From: Amoebidium appalachense
Lineage: Eukaryota > Protista > Ichthyosporea
DNA: 64,000 bases
Direction: 5' to 3'
NCBI GenBank assembly: GCA_963693365.1
Contig: CAVNZM010000006.1
Span: forward strand, 4,815,264 to 4,879,263
Positions 49,764 through 64,000 of this stretch are shown here, piece by piece (the first letter of the stretch is position 1; each line of letters begins with the position of its first letter). The position numbers were made by a program, and so were the translations under genes. Under the pieces are notes generated by a model. The model made no database searches and had not been told where the DNA came from. It was given only the letters and a program-made list of their open reading frames with translations.

Positions 49764-51115
49764 ATGGCGATTGGAAACGCAGGAATGGCGTTCGATTGCG
49801 ATCCTTCTACCCTTCCATTTGGGCACGGGTCCCAGGGCCACAACTCCACGAAACCTACCCACACATACACCAACAACACAATAGTAACAGCAAACATGCC
49901 AACACCCCGTACGGACTCCTCTACCTTTCAGTTATCAATGAATCAGTTCCCCGATGACCTCTACATGCAGTGCATGCTGACCGCCGCTTCGTCTCAACAG
50001 CTTGGCAATGCGTCCACGTTTCGAGATGAGTTTTCAAACGACCCGTGTGCAACAGCATTCCAACAAGCTCGCACACACAGTAATGACCTATTGCCTTTCA
50101 ACACATTACGGACGGCCAGCAGCCCAAAGACGAGAGTTGCCCCCCCGGCAGCCCCAGCTCATTCCTTCCACCAAGGATACCAACCATACCCTTCCCTACG
50201 CCCCATTCTTAAACAAAACACACAGTCCAATCTCAAGGCTCGCATCGCACAACTCGATCACCCCTCATCGTTCCCACCCACACCGACCATGAATAGTTTT
50301 GCGCAAGACTTTACACCGTCGTTTGAGTCGTTGGGTCATGGTTTTGGGGGGTCGACCACCGGGCAGGCAAACATGAACCTTCGGCCTAGAAGTCAGTCGT
50401 GTTCGAGCCTTGCGTCCCAGAGCTCTTTTCCGGCCGGCAGCGCTATGAACGAGTCTGCAGAAACAAAAATCGAGGCAAAGAGGCAAAAGAATAGGGAGGC
50501 TGCTGCGCGGTAAGAAAACCCCTTTGTTTTTGTCTTTTTTCAATTAATTACTCCGTCCCGGATTCCAATTTCTTTATTGGGAATTTTTTCTTCTCTCTCT
50601 GGTGTACACACACCATTTTTTGCCATCTTCATTATCATGATGACAATATTATATAAATCTTTTCAACCCAAGTTACCGTCAAAAGTCAACACTCGTGCGG
50701 CTTTTCCCCACAAGTGACCCAGTTTATAACAAGGCTGCAGACGCAAATAATCAAATTGCCTCGGCAAGCACACCACTCACTACGCACAGACATGACATAG
50801 AGAGGAATTTTAATTAAGGCATCCAAGCGTAAGGTTAACTAGGTCATGCTAAATTAAGAAAGCCCATAGTAAGTAAGCTGCAGGAACCCGTATCCACACA
50901 AGTCGAAAGGTGAGAAACGGGGAACATACAACACAACAAAAAACTAAAGCCAATTAAAAATAGAGGTATATTGTATAAATAACACAAGGATGTATGGCTA
51001 AGTGGGGGCATTCCATTGGCAGGTGCCGTACACGTAGACGTCAGCTGATTGAAGAGCTTCAAGACAGAGTCGAAGACTTGACCGGAGAGAGGGACCGTCT
51101 TGTCAGTCATGTAGC

Positions 51116-51171
<56 letters not shown>

Positions 51172-51773
51172 ACACACACACCGTAGCACTCATCCCTCCC
51201 CGGGCCCCCCCTTCCTCCCCGTCTCTCCCACCGTCTCACCCCCTCTGAGCTCCTTCAGTACCCCTTCAACTTTCCTTCTTTTGGAAGATTCCTTACACGA
51301 CGTCTGTACAAGATAAGTCTTTAAACCACTCTTAACGGCCTTTCTCCATAGCTACCATTAGAATCCGGTGAGTTAGTAAGTGGCGATTATAGGGTTAAAA
51401 CGTCAGTTTTGTGTCTCAGAACTGAGAAAGATCGGCCTCCATATAGTGCGCCCGGCTTACCCGGACCTTTTTCCTCCAGATCCAATTCCTCATGCAAAAA
51501 GTGGAAACGCTCGAGCGGAATTTGGCAAGCCCTGGTTCATCTATTGTGCAGTCCCCTGAAGACCATCTGGAAACAGTTCCGAAATTTGCACCCGAAAACA
51601 CCGAAAAATTAAACGGACACAACAATCGCCCAGCCAACACTATGAACTCTGATGAAAACCGGTGGAAATTACGGTTTTTGGGGAACCGGTCATCATCGCT
51701 GCCAAACGCAAACCAGTGGTGGCTGACGGGAGAGAGCATTGTCGAGTATGAAGGCGGGCTTATGTCGTCATAA
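49764..51773 (+). CDS. bZIP transcription factor, AP-1 (Fos/Jun/ATF)-like. Exons: 49764 (or 49896)-50509, 51023-51110, 51480-51773
   Basis: Basic region KRQKNREAAARCRTRRR is split by a phase-2 intron. Splicing gives a five-leucine heptad zipper L-QDRVED-L-TGERDR-L-VSHIQF-L-MQKVET-L. Start codon uncertain. Confidence 0.88.
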
Positions 51774-52960
51774 AGCAAGTGCACACAGTACGTCATGCAC
51801 ACAGTACTTCAGTACGTCCTGCACAATCACAAATGATGTCCCTGTTTTCTGCGTGGAGATTAAATTTTCCCTAAAGTACTTTGGCCCTTTGTTTTTCACT
51901 TGCATTTTTTGTTGTTGGTTTTTTATTTATTTATTTATTTATTTATTTTTAATGATGATGTTGATGGTGAGAGACACCGGGAGCTCTACAGGGGTAGCCC
52001 GAATATAAGATTACGTGAATTTCGGCTCTAGCCCGCTAGAGCATTTCCAGACCCCCCTAGCACACAGGGAAACGATCCTAATTTTCATATATGCCTTGGG
52101 GGCCGCCCAGCTAGAATCTTAATTCATTTAGACTACCTTTAGAGGGGTTCGACTAGTCCCAGAACGCTGATTTATTCACTGGAACGTGTCACATAAGTAA
52201 TGAATACGGTTTTTAAGCCCGGTTTCTGAGGTTTGTGTGCATCAACCAATTTCTTTTACCGAGGCTCTAATATTAGGCTATGTGACGTTGCATTTGTTTT
52301 TAGGCTGAAATGTGGTATTCCGACAGTCCTAATCATTATGCCGCTAATGTTCAATATGATAATTTATCTTTATTTCGTTGGCAAGGCATTTTTTCCCCCC
52401 GTTTTACGTAGGGGCGAAGCTTTCTAATCTCTATGGTTCTGGCATCCATTGTAACATCTCCCTAAACCTTGGTTACTAGGTCACGTTTTCGCAAAAATAC
52501 TTGCTGAACTGGTTTATTTGAAGTCTTTAACGGCTGCCCTGACACTGTAATTAGTGGCCTTAAAGACTTGGACACGTCCCTCCGTCCAAAGAATGGGCCA
52601 CAAGAAGCACATGTATGTACAAACACATTTTTATAACTTAAAGTTTGTTTCTTCAGAGTTGTCACCTTACCTTAAATCAATATCCAGTAGATCTCACGCG
52701 CTGTTATATATTTTTTGCCTATCTATAGGTCCGTAATTGCGATCCTATGCTAACTCGATTACATGTAGCTGATGCGATCTGATTTCGTTTAATTATAAGG
52801 TAGCATGATACTGCCAACCGGTTGGCCCCTGCCCTTCTTCCCAAATATGGTATCACACGTCGGAATCGCCGGGACTTAAAGTTGCAAAGTCCGACAGCGG
52901 CAGAAACACCTTCGCCACGAGGGATTGGGAAAGGGGTTGGGGTGGGTGGGTGGGGGGGGG

Positions 52961-53057
52961 AAGGTAAGATGGGCCGTCAAGCTTAAGACGGCGGGTTGGG
53001 GGGGGGGGGGGGGGGGGGGGGGAAGGTAAGATGGGCCGTCAAGCTTAAGACGGCGGG

Positions 53058-53059
<2 letters not shown>
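52961..53059. repeat. Identical 37-bp hairpin-containing unit duplicated between G tracts
   Basis: aaggtaagatgggccgtcaagcttaagacggcgggtt at 52961-52997 and 53023-53059; internal stem gccgtc/gacggc. Confidence 0.9.
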
Positions 53060-53096
<37 letters not shown>

Positions 53097-53674
53097 GATC
53101 TAGAGAGAGAGCTGAAGTTTTCGGAGTCCCCTACCCACCCACCCACACGCACGCACGCACGCACACACACACGCACACACACCCAACCACACATACACAC
53201 GCACACCCCCCACCCAGCCACACCCCCACATCCCCACACACGTGTCATGCACACCTACACATGCACGCATCCATGCACACATGCACACACCCACATAGTT
53301 TCACTCGGAGATGTGCCGTACCTCCCCATTCAATTGGTGCAGACATTTACGTGGGAGAGATGTTATCGTTTTAGTTTTAGTAATTCACAAGCCCTTTATT
53401 TTCCACTTTTAGTAATTAATCATAACTCACAAAGACTTCATTGATTTACTTATGGTCATGAGGCAAGCCTTAGGAGAGGCGAGATGCGGGTGTGTGGCTA
53501 ATATTACAGAGGCCAGCTTGAGAAAACCACAAAAATGTATTTAAATATATCCAAAGTGTTATTAGATATACCAAGTAAAGCATCGTTGCAAATCGCGTTC
53601 TGCAATTGATATAGCCCGTATTTACACAATCTCCACGTCCTCACAGAGAGAATCGTGATGTAAAATGCGAGCTG

Positions 53675-53772
53675 GCGGGCCTAAATTTCGTTAAAACAAA
53701 ACAAAACAATCAATAAAAACAATGCGGGCCTAAATTTCGTTAAAACAAAACAAAACAATCAATAAAAACAAT
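53675..53772. repeat. Perfect 49-bp tandem duplication downstream of the MFS gene
   Basis: gcgggcctaaatttcgttaaaacaaaacaaaacaatcaataaaaacaat twice (53675, 53724). Another ~33-bp duplication lies at 54008-54073. Confidence 0.9.
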
Positions 53773-54073
53773 ACGCGTGCAGCGCAACAAACAACAAGAA
53801 CTATCACACCAGATGTTTGAAAGCAACACGAACAAAAAAAAAAACAAAGCCAGACAAGATTTTAATTACTTCCAAACCACGACATGGGTAATGCATCCAC
53901 TCCACCAACAGCTATCATAGCCGGAAGCACCAGTTACCATAGCCGGAAGCACTAAATTTTATCTACACTTTAAACCCCATTTCAAAACATAAACACAATG
54001 ATTCGGAAGCTCTAGTATGTGCTACTATAGTTTTTTCTATAAGCTCTAGTATGTGCTACTATAGTTTTTTCTA

Positions 54074-54289
54074 CTATGTCTTGACGCGCTTCGCTGCGTT
54101 TTCCGCTTCCAACTTCAAATATCTTCCCCTCCACACCAACGTAAGAATGGTGGTGAACGCTGCTACCCCGGCCATCAGATACGTAGAAAGTGACATGTCG
54201 TTGTTTGACCCACGAACGAGGGGACCGTCACACAGAGAGATGAAGATGATACCAAATACCTGTACGTGTGTGTGGGTGGGTGGGTGGGT

Positions 54290-54326
<37 letters not shown>

Positions 54327-54506
54327 GATGGCCGGGGGGGGAGGGGGTGGGGGGGGAAGGAAAAAAGGGGGGGGGGGGGGGGGGGGGGAGGGGGGGGGGG
54401 GGGATGGTGAAAGAGTGAGCGAGTGTGAGGGTGTGTGTGTATGCATGGACACGCGTGCGCGAATGTGTGTGCTGAATTTGAGTGAGCGTTGCGTGCACGT
54501 CTTATA

Positions 54507-54550
<44 letters not shown>

Positions 54551-54747
54551 CATTTGAGCATGTGTGTGTACGTGCAGTGCCACACACATTCACAACCTCC
54601 AGCCCCTAGATCCGATTTATCCAACCATCCAATCACACACCCCCTCACCGTGCAATCGGATTACCTTACACCAATCACAACGCCTACGCACAATCTCCGA
54701 ACTGTCCGACCCTCCAGCCCATCAATCCGATACACGCATTCATCCAA

Positions 54748-54787
<40 letters not shown>

Positions 54788-55610
54788 ACAAAAAAAAAAA
54801 TAATAATAAAATAAAATAAAATAAAATAAATTACAAAAATAAAAACGGTGGATAATCGGATTCCCCTCGCCCAATCACATCCTACACACCTCAGTGACAC
54901 CTGCCCCAGTCCCTCAATCCGGTTCACCCATTCAACCAATCACACACACCCATCCCGTACAATGCATGAATAATCGGATTCCCCTCAACCAATCACATCC
55001 ACACATCCCGCGCACCTGCCCCAGCATGCACAGTAGTCCACTCGTAGCAGCCTCAGGAATCGGGTAGGAGCACTCAGCCGATAACTCAAAACACACGGGC
55101 ATAACACCAAAGGCAAACGCACCCAACACACCGCAACAAAGACACAGGGAGATCAGACGTCCGGGCCTGTGTGTGAAAGACAAACAGAAAAGGGAGTGTT
55201 AATGGAGATCAGTGAGAGGGTGAGAGGGTTGTGGGTGGATGGGGGGGGGGGGGGGGGGGGGGGGAGGGGGGAGGAGGGAGAAGAGGAGACGGGGAGGGGC
55301 CGGGTGGGGGTGGGGGTGGGGGGGGTTTGAATGCGTCATTAAGTACGAAATACACATGAACAACGGATAACGCGATGCAGAATGCAAACCACACAAGGGG
55401 GAATGATGATGTATGAATTAGAGGGCTGGGGTTTTGGAAGTGGAGTAAAAGACAAAACGCAAAAACAAAGGGGGGGGGGGGGGTTTGCGAGAAAAGTGGT
55501 TGACGAGGGCCGCGGAATGGATCAAGAGAAAGGGGAGCCGCAAAAAGACGAGAGAGGGAGGAGCGGAAGAAATGAAAGAGAGAGAGAGAAAGAGAGAGAG
55601 AGAAAGAGAG

Positions 55611-55659
<49 letters not shown>

Positions 55660-57818
55660 GAGGGGGGGGGGGGGGGGGGGGGAGGGAGGTTCCACAGTGT
55701 TACACGCATGAGAATGCGAAATTTAGCAGTGTACAACCAAAAAGATACAGGACGCAACATGTAAGCAAAACCTTGTTCCGAATCACAGAAGATTGCCAAT
55801 GTGACTCTCGATGGCATGGGGCACACCCATAAAATGGAAAACAACTCATGACAACTATGTATCCCCCCTCCCCCCCCCCCCCTGCCCCCCCTGTCCCCCG
55901 GATACATTTTTTGCTCATCGCCCATGCCTATTTGCTCCAAAAGATTTCGTATTAATGTATGGACCCGGTTGCTCAGGAGTTGGAAGAGTGTAGGTGTGTG
56001 CGAGTGTGTGTTGTGTATGTGTGTGAGAGAGAGCGCGACCTGTGTGTGCGTGTCTGCGTGTGTGCGTGGGCCTTGGTATGGGAGGGTGTTTTTTTTTTGT
56101 TTTGTTTTTCCCGTTTTCTTTTCTTTCTTTCTTGTTTCTTTTCTTTTCTTTTTTTTTTTTTTGGGTTGGGGGGGGGGGGGGGGGGGAGGGGGGGAGGGGG
56201 GGAGAATTTAGGGGGGAGGGGGGAGGGGGGAGGGAGGAGGGGAGCATACTTGTTAGCCTCTACGGCAAACCACACAAAACTAATTGTACACCCCGCAATC
56301 ACAACCGTCATCACCTCCCTATACCTCCTCGTCTTGTCCAGTACGAATCCCGTTAGACCCGCACCCAAAAGACCCCCCACTATGATTAGAGCCCCCAACA
56401 GCCCTGCGTCATCCACTGAGTATCCGTTGGGTTCAATAATTTGCTGCAAAAGCGTGGTCAGGGTGTTGAATAGACCAAGACCGAGACCGAATACGAAAAA
56501 CACAATGATAAATCCGTAATTTCGGGAGAGCACACGCAGGTGTCCCATGTACTCCTGCATCGACCCACGGCTGAGTAGCTTCAGGTCGTGACCGAAGCTG
56601 TCCACACTGTTGTCCGAGACCTCTACGTTTTTCGGCTTGTCTTTTCCGGTATTTTCCGGTATTTCCGGATCCCTACTTTCAACCACATTCTTCGTAGTTT
56701 CCACCGGCATACAGCCACTACCCTCATCATTTTTGCTCAACGAATCCGGGTGCGAAATTCCGTTCATCTGGGCACTTTTACGTCGGGGAGCCGTGGCAGA
56801 GGGGGCGCAGGGGGGTTCGGCTTGCATGAAAATTGCCAGAAATGACATTGCGGTCACAATTCCGGCATAGACTAAATTTAGGACGGTGAACTCGCTGGCG
56901 ATTGGCTTGCTGACTAGGGCTGGGGTTAAAACGGACGCAACGGCGATCCCGAGGGGGTTTGACACCGTACCCTGATTTTTTTTTTATTTTTTATTTTTTT
57001 TTTTTTTGGGGGGGGGGGGGGTGATGTATGCGTTAGAGGGTTGGAAATATGGAGGAGACAACAAAGAGCAACAACAAAGCGTCACAAAGGTGGGAAATCC
57101 AAAATCAAACAATTTAAGCGTGCAGGCAGAAGACACTTGAACAGAGCCCATCATCAGGGGGGTTCCTATGCCTCCACAAAAGCATGGGTTTCGACTCTTT
57201 AACCTCTCGCGCGTGGTTCCCAACCCATACTTTGTTTCAACAGCAATAGACGAGTGCACCCGTCTTGGCCAAAGACGAGTAGGGTTGTTCAAGGAGCAGC
57301 AATCTAAGAACGCAGAGTCTACAAAATCTGCAAGCAGACAAAAAAATAAAGAAAGCAAGCAGAGAGATAGAGCATAAGCCGGGCTTCTACAAAGCTCCCT
57401 GACTCCCGTATATGGGTGGGTGGGTGGGTGGGTGGGTGGGGCAGGGGGGAAGAAGGGGAGGGGGGGGGGGGGGGGGGGGGGGGAGGGGGTTAGCATTTGG
57501 TAAACATGAAGTAAAACGACCCACTGTTAGTCACAAGCAGAGCGACTAGAAAACATATACACAATGCATGTGGGTGGAAAGGAGGTGTGGGTGGACAAGT
57601 GGTGGTGGTTTGGGACGGGGCCAGGGGGAGCGGATAGGGTGGCGGAACCGAATCCAAAGGGTACACAAACACACGCAATGCGCATCCATACAACTCGTGA
57701 GCTTTGGTTTTTGTGTGTTCTTACACGCATCCGTGTTTTTTGCTGAAGGGAGCATTTCTTCAGCTGCAAGAAACCAAAATACGCAAGCAGAGCAAAACAT
57801 AATGGTATCAGTTGCCCC

Positions 57819-57854
<36 letters not shown>

Positions 57855-57867
57855 GGGGGGGGGGGGG

Positions 57868-57943
<76 letters not shown>

Positions 57944-58707
57944 GGAGGGGAAGGGGGGGGGGGGGGGGGGTATTCATACAATTGTATTTGCGGTGGCACG
58001 CTGTTGATCCGCAAACCACGTGGCAGCCAGTTTAGTTGATGTGGCAAGGATGAGCGGCTGACCTATGCTCCCGAGCATCTGACCAATAAGAAGGAACGCA
58101 TACTTGGCGCCGGTGGACACAGGGAAAAGCGAAATGCACCGGACCTGAAAAAAGCAGTGTATGAGCAATATTGTGTTCATTGCATTGTTTATCTACCTCT
58201 ACCCCTCACGAAACCTATTTCCCTGTTTTTTACCTTTTCGGTCTCCATAGAGTTTTTCTTTCCTTTCCTTTTTTATTTTTATTTTTTTTTTTTTGGTGGG
58301 GGGGAGGGGGGGGGGAGGGGGAGGAGCGGAGGGGGGAGGGGAGGGGGTACGAGAGATCCTGATATCCTCTGGGCGGCGATTAATAGAGCCAACAGAGACG
58401 AGGGTCCGAGAGAGGGGTTGAGACGGAGGAAGGGCGGGAAAGAGGGGGAGGAGGATTTCGCGGAGCAATCAGGTGCGCACACGTGTTGCGTATTTGTGAT
58501 GCTGCAGTTTTCTGTAACGTCTCTGCTGTCTTCGTGTCTACGTGTGGGGAGTGCGGGAATGCAAGTGTGCATGCGGAAACATGCGCCAGTGTGTTTGTGC
58601 GCTTTTGTGCATGCCTGTCTTGGGTTTGTCACGTGGGTAGGTTGCATCTGTGTTTGTGAGTATGCGTGCGTGCGTGCGTGTGCGTGTGCGTGTGCGTGTG
58701 CGTGTGC

Positions 58708-58764
<57 letters not shown>

Positions 58765-59225
58765 CACGCCCGCACATATGTCCTCATACTTCCTCAATTG
58801 AATTGTATGCTCTCAACGCAAAAGCCATATACATTGCTTTCTGCACATGCGTATCCGTGATATTCTTTTGCACAGGCATCACTCACCCATACACTTATTA
58901 TATTCAACACCGCTCCAAGTCCAAGTCCCACCCTCAACCCGCCGACATCCAGCAACCAAGCCGCAGGAACAAAAAACGGAATATACAACAACATGTAAAT
59001 CTGAGCCAGCCAGTTGATGGCAGTAATACTAACACCATAGTACTCCGCGGCTACTGTAGATGCTGGCGCAAATGTGTACCACAGCATGCCGTTTGCTGCG
59101 TTTAGACCGCAATACACTGCGAGCATGAGCCAACGGCGACGGTATACTCTGTATTTCGTCTCGGTAGGGAAACCATTGTTTGGGCTGACTTGTGTCAAGG
59201 AGTCTGCTGGTGATGATGAAGCCAT
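54074..59225 (-). CDS. MFS transporter, SLC49/FLVCR family (MFSD7-like), 520 aa. Exons: 59225-58887, 58144-57980, 56971-56250, 55166-55016, 54259-54074
   Basis: Family-typical N-terminus YRVYRRRWLML…WYTFAP…YYGVS…INWL, plus KLAATWF…QRATAN and FELSAECSYPIPE. Four GT-AG introns with consistent phases (1563 nt). Confidence 0.92.
55326..55396 (-). mobile_element. Short 3'-terminal fragment of the main Penelope-like family in MFS intron 3
   Basis: Minus strand ttgcattctgcatcgcgttatccgttgttcatgtgtatttcgtacttaatgacgcattcaaa(C)n. Confidence 0.85.
57022..57413 (-). mobile_element. 3' region of a diverged Penelope-like subfamily C in MFS intron 2
   Basis: Minus strand is block-wise homologous to 42780-43037 (gggagct…agaagccc, caaccc, ctcgtct…agacgggt, tgaaac, gtcgaaac, ccctgatgatgggctctg) with a different tail ending gcatacatca(C)n. 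Confidence 0.85.
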
Positions 59226-60699
59226 GATTGATAAGTGTCACTATGGATATCAGAAGCCAAAAAAAAGAAAGAAAGAAAGAAAGAAAGAAAGGATGGAAAA
59301 TGATTTGAAGTACAAAGATGTTCCTATTGTGACATTTTTCACAGAAATTGGTGTGTAAGTTTTGTCGCTGGGGGATCGAAAATGGAAAGAATCGGACGAC
59401 TGATAGAGGTGAGAAACAGATAAGAGTGGGGATATAAGTTGCTAAGCACCTGTGGTAAATGTGGGTATATGAATCATCTCAAGCAAGTTGTTTGCAGAAG
59501 AGTCTGTTTGGATGGGTCGCAAAATGAACAAAGTATGACCAGCCAAAGCGTGCTTATAGAATGAGTTTCTGATGTTTTTGCGTGGCACCAACAGGCATCG
59601 TTGAAGTTCCTATTCTACTGACGCCTCGACAGCTGGCCTCGACACTAAAACGTTAGTTTGTAATGTGCAGGCCCCATAAGTTATGCTTCAAGTAAGCATC
59701 AGTAATATAACCCCATCCAAGGTTTTAGATAACCATTTGACTTTTTGACTCTTGTCGTCACTGTGCGTGATAAGATTATGATTGGGTAAACCCTCCGAGA
59801 AAACTTGATTGGCCGCGACGTTTGTGCAGAGGCAAAAAAGCTTATTTACGCTAGATGCCGCCAAACGTTTGTGCTTGAAGAATCATTGAAATAACCACAT
59901 AAAAGCGGTCGAAAAGAAAAGAAAATATATTTTCTTTCTATTTTCCAGCTGATTTTGTTACCATAAATAAAAGTGACATGTGTGTGAGTTGTGTCGCAGA
60001 CTCGCATGCACAACAACTATGCAAGATCTGCAAGATCTCAATGACGATTGAGGCTCACCAGACACGAGCTTTTAGATCTACCAATCAAGACGGATTTACG
60101 TCAAGATCAGAAAGATCATCCAATCATGTCAACTCTCGTGTTCACTGTTTATATGTGTTCACTACGGTTCACTACCCCGCTACAATAGGCCGACGCATGT
60201 TTTCGAACAGCCTGTGTCACATAGGCGCCTATCATGACGACACAAGTGTTTTCCCCACAATCATGCCCTACGGGAGGAACCCCCATGTCACAGTGAAGTG
60301 TTGAACAAGAAACGCATGCATTTGGCCCCAAAAGGCGGCGGCGTAGCGCCTGCGCAGCTGCACATATCCGATCCGACGCCTGGTCATGTGCTCACTCCAC
60401 ACATGTACATGTCAAATGGTTGGACCTGGCGTCACCTTCTGCTACTTCTACTAGCGCTAATATTAGCTAGCAATTCTACATAATAGTAATTTCATAGAAA
60501 GCGTCAAGAATTTGAGCCGTCTCCTGTCTAGCATTTCCCGACAGCTTGAGCTTCAAGTCCAGCTTGCAAGTTTCGTCTCCACGCTGTACATACACGTCGA
60601 GTACTGTACTGTACACCGGCCACCGGTACCCGGTCCAACACCCATATCCGATACGTGAATATTCTTCGACAGGTGGGAGTTGACCACATAAAAGGGGTC

Positions 60700-62529
<1,830 letters not shown>

Positions 62530-62862
62530 TAACGGCAACGTGTAGCAGTACTTGGGATATGATGTGTATTCTATATATAGTGTTCAAGTTAGCGTTTCAG
62601 TATAGCTGGAAAGTTGACGTAAAATATGGGAATATGTCCAATATTAATCTAATATGCAGAATGTTACTTGAAAGACCCTGAACCACTACATACACATAGC
62701 CTATGTTTAGTTATTAGGCGTTGCCGATGTGAATACATTTGTATGTTGCTCAGTCTTTGTCTGCAAGTTTTTGGCGGAAAACTTGTGCTGTGTGAGATCC
62801 GTGACTGGAGCTTATCATAAGAGGCTGGGCGGAAAGGCCTAGGGATGGCTTGCCCGGGGCCA

Positions 62863-62900
<38 letters not shown>

Positions 62901-63033
62901 GTATGCGTGCCATGGTGTGTGTATGTCGTGTGTCGACGAAGAAGTAATATCACTTTTGATGACGTTTAAGCGAGACTTGCAGTGCAACTTTTGCTGATCG
63001 AAGTCTTAGACTAATACGGTACGTGATACAAAT

Positions 63034-63125
<92 letters not shown>

Positions 63126-63254
63126 ACGTGTGTGTGTGTACACGTGCGCACTCTTGTGGGTGTGCGAGTCGGGGACAGAGAGGGGGGGAGGGGGAGGAGG
63201 AGAGGGGGGGAGGGGGAGAGGGGGGGCGGGGGGGGGGGGGGGGGGGGGGGGGGG

Positions 63255-63372
63255 ATGTATGCGTTAGAGGGTTGGAAACATGGAGGAGACAACAAAAGGG
63301 CAACAACAAAACGTCACAAAAGTGGGAAATCCAAAGTCAAACAATTTTAAGCGTGCAGGCAGAAGACACTTG
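63255..63372 (-). mobile_element. 3'-terminal fragment of Penelope-like subfamily C
   Basis: Close match to 57024-57140; abuts a (G)n tract on plus, i.e. (C)n on the element strand. Confidence 0.88.
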
Positions 63373-64000
63373 AGGGAGGGGTAGTGTGGTTTGCCAAGTG
63401 ATTGGTGGTATCTTCTCTCTTTTCACGTTAGTTCTCACAATGTTCTTGTTCACAAACAATCATCCTCAGACTCTATTTGCTTTTGGTCAATTAACACGTT
63501 TTTTGGAAGTAACACAAACTGTACATTGTGTGGTTCTACTAGCATCGTAGCACCCTAGCTAGAGTACTGTCGGTGCTGGGTGGAAGACGGTAGTTCCCCC
63601 TGAGGGTACCTCCGGGAACAAAACGGGATTTAAAGAAAAAAAAAAAAAGAAAAAAAATGTACATGTGTGGTAGGTACATTCATACTTCATCTAAAGAATA
63701 CCCCTTAATAGACGATGTGCACAGCACACACGGTTGGGTAAAACATGAAAAACAAAAATACAAATCGGGGTGAAAAACACCTCGTCATGATCATGAGTGC
63801 GTGTGTGCACACGCGCGTGCACACGTGCGAGTAGATGCATGCCCACCCATGTACATGTGCGTGTGTGTCTCATCGAGGTGCAAATCCTCCCAGGCACAAA
63901 AAGCAATGTTTACGTGCTAAAGGCCGGGACAACTTGACCAGACCAGAAATGTACTATTGTGCTCTAAAACAGTCTAGCAAAACCAACCCCATCCACACAC

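Noticed and set aside
52143-52160. ggggttcgactagtccc as a tRNA T-arm or B box
   Set aside because: No cloverleaf, acceptor stem or A box could be built around it.

Overview
Eukaryotic genomic DNA saturated with simple repeats ((C)n/(G)n, (CA)n/(GT)n, (CT)n). Almost all short ORFs in the supplied track are microsatellite translation artefacts. Splicing exons by hand gives seven host genes: a 2-exon M12B/reprolysin-type metallopeptidase with bacterial-looking features (-), a multi-exon DEPDC1/DEPDC7-like DEP-domain gene (-), a 10-exon mitochondrial-type NADH-cytochrome b5 reductase (+), an intronless pyruvate kinase (-), a 3-exon AP-1-like bZIP with a uORF-rich leader (+), a 5-exon SLC49/FLVCR-like MFS transporter (-), and a 2-exon secreted prepropeptide ending in a 10-Cys domain (+). 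The gene set and the retroelement type suggest a unicellular holozoan such as an ichthyosporean (inference only). The main non-host feature is a 5'-truncated Penelope-like retroelement of Naiad/Chlamys type (38640-43128). It has a ~2.2 kb structured 3' region and at least ten shorter 3'-end copies from several subfamilies, all abutting (C)n tracts; every intronic copy lies in the host sense orientation. Comparing two diverged subfamilies reveals a covarying RNA motif carrying all three hammerhead core strands in an order that matches none of types I, II or III. This is the strongest candidate for an undescribed system here. Several MITE-like DNA elements are also present. All calls were made by eye without searches or folding software, and homopolymer lengths may be unreliable.
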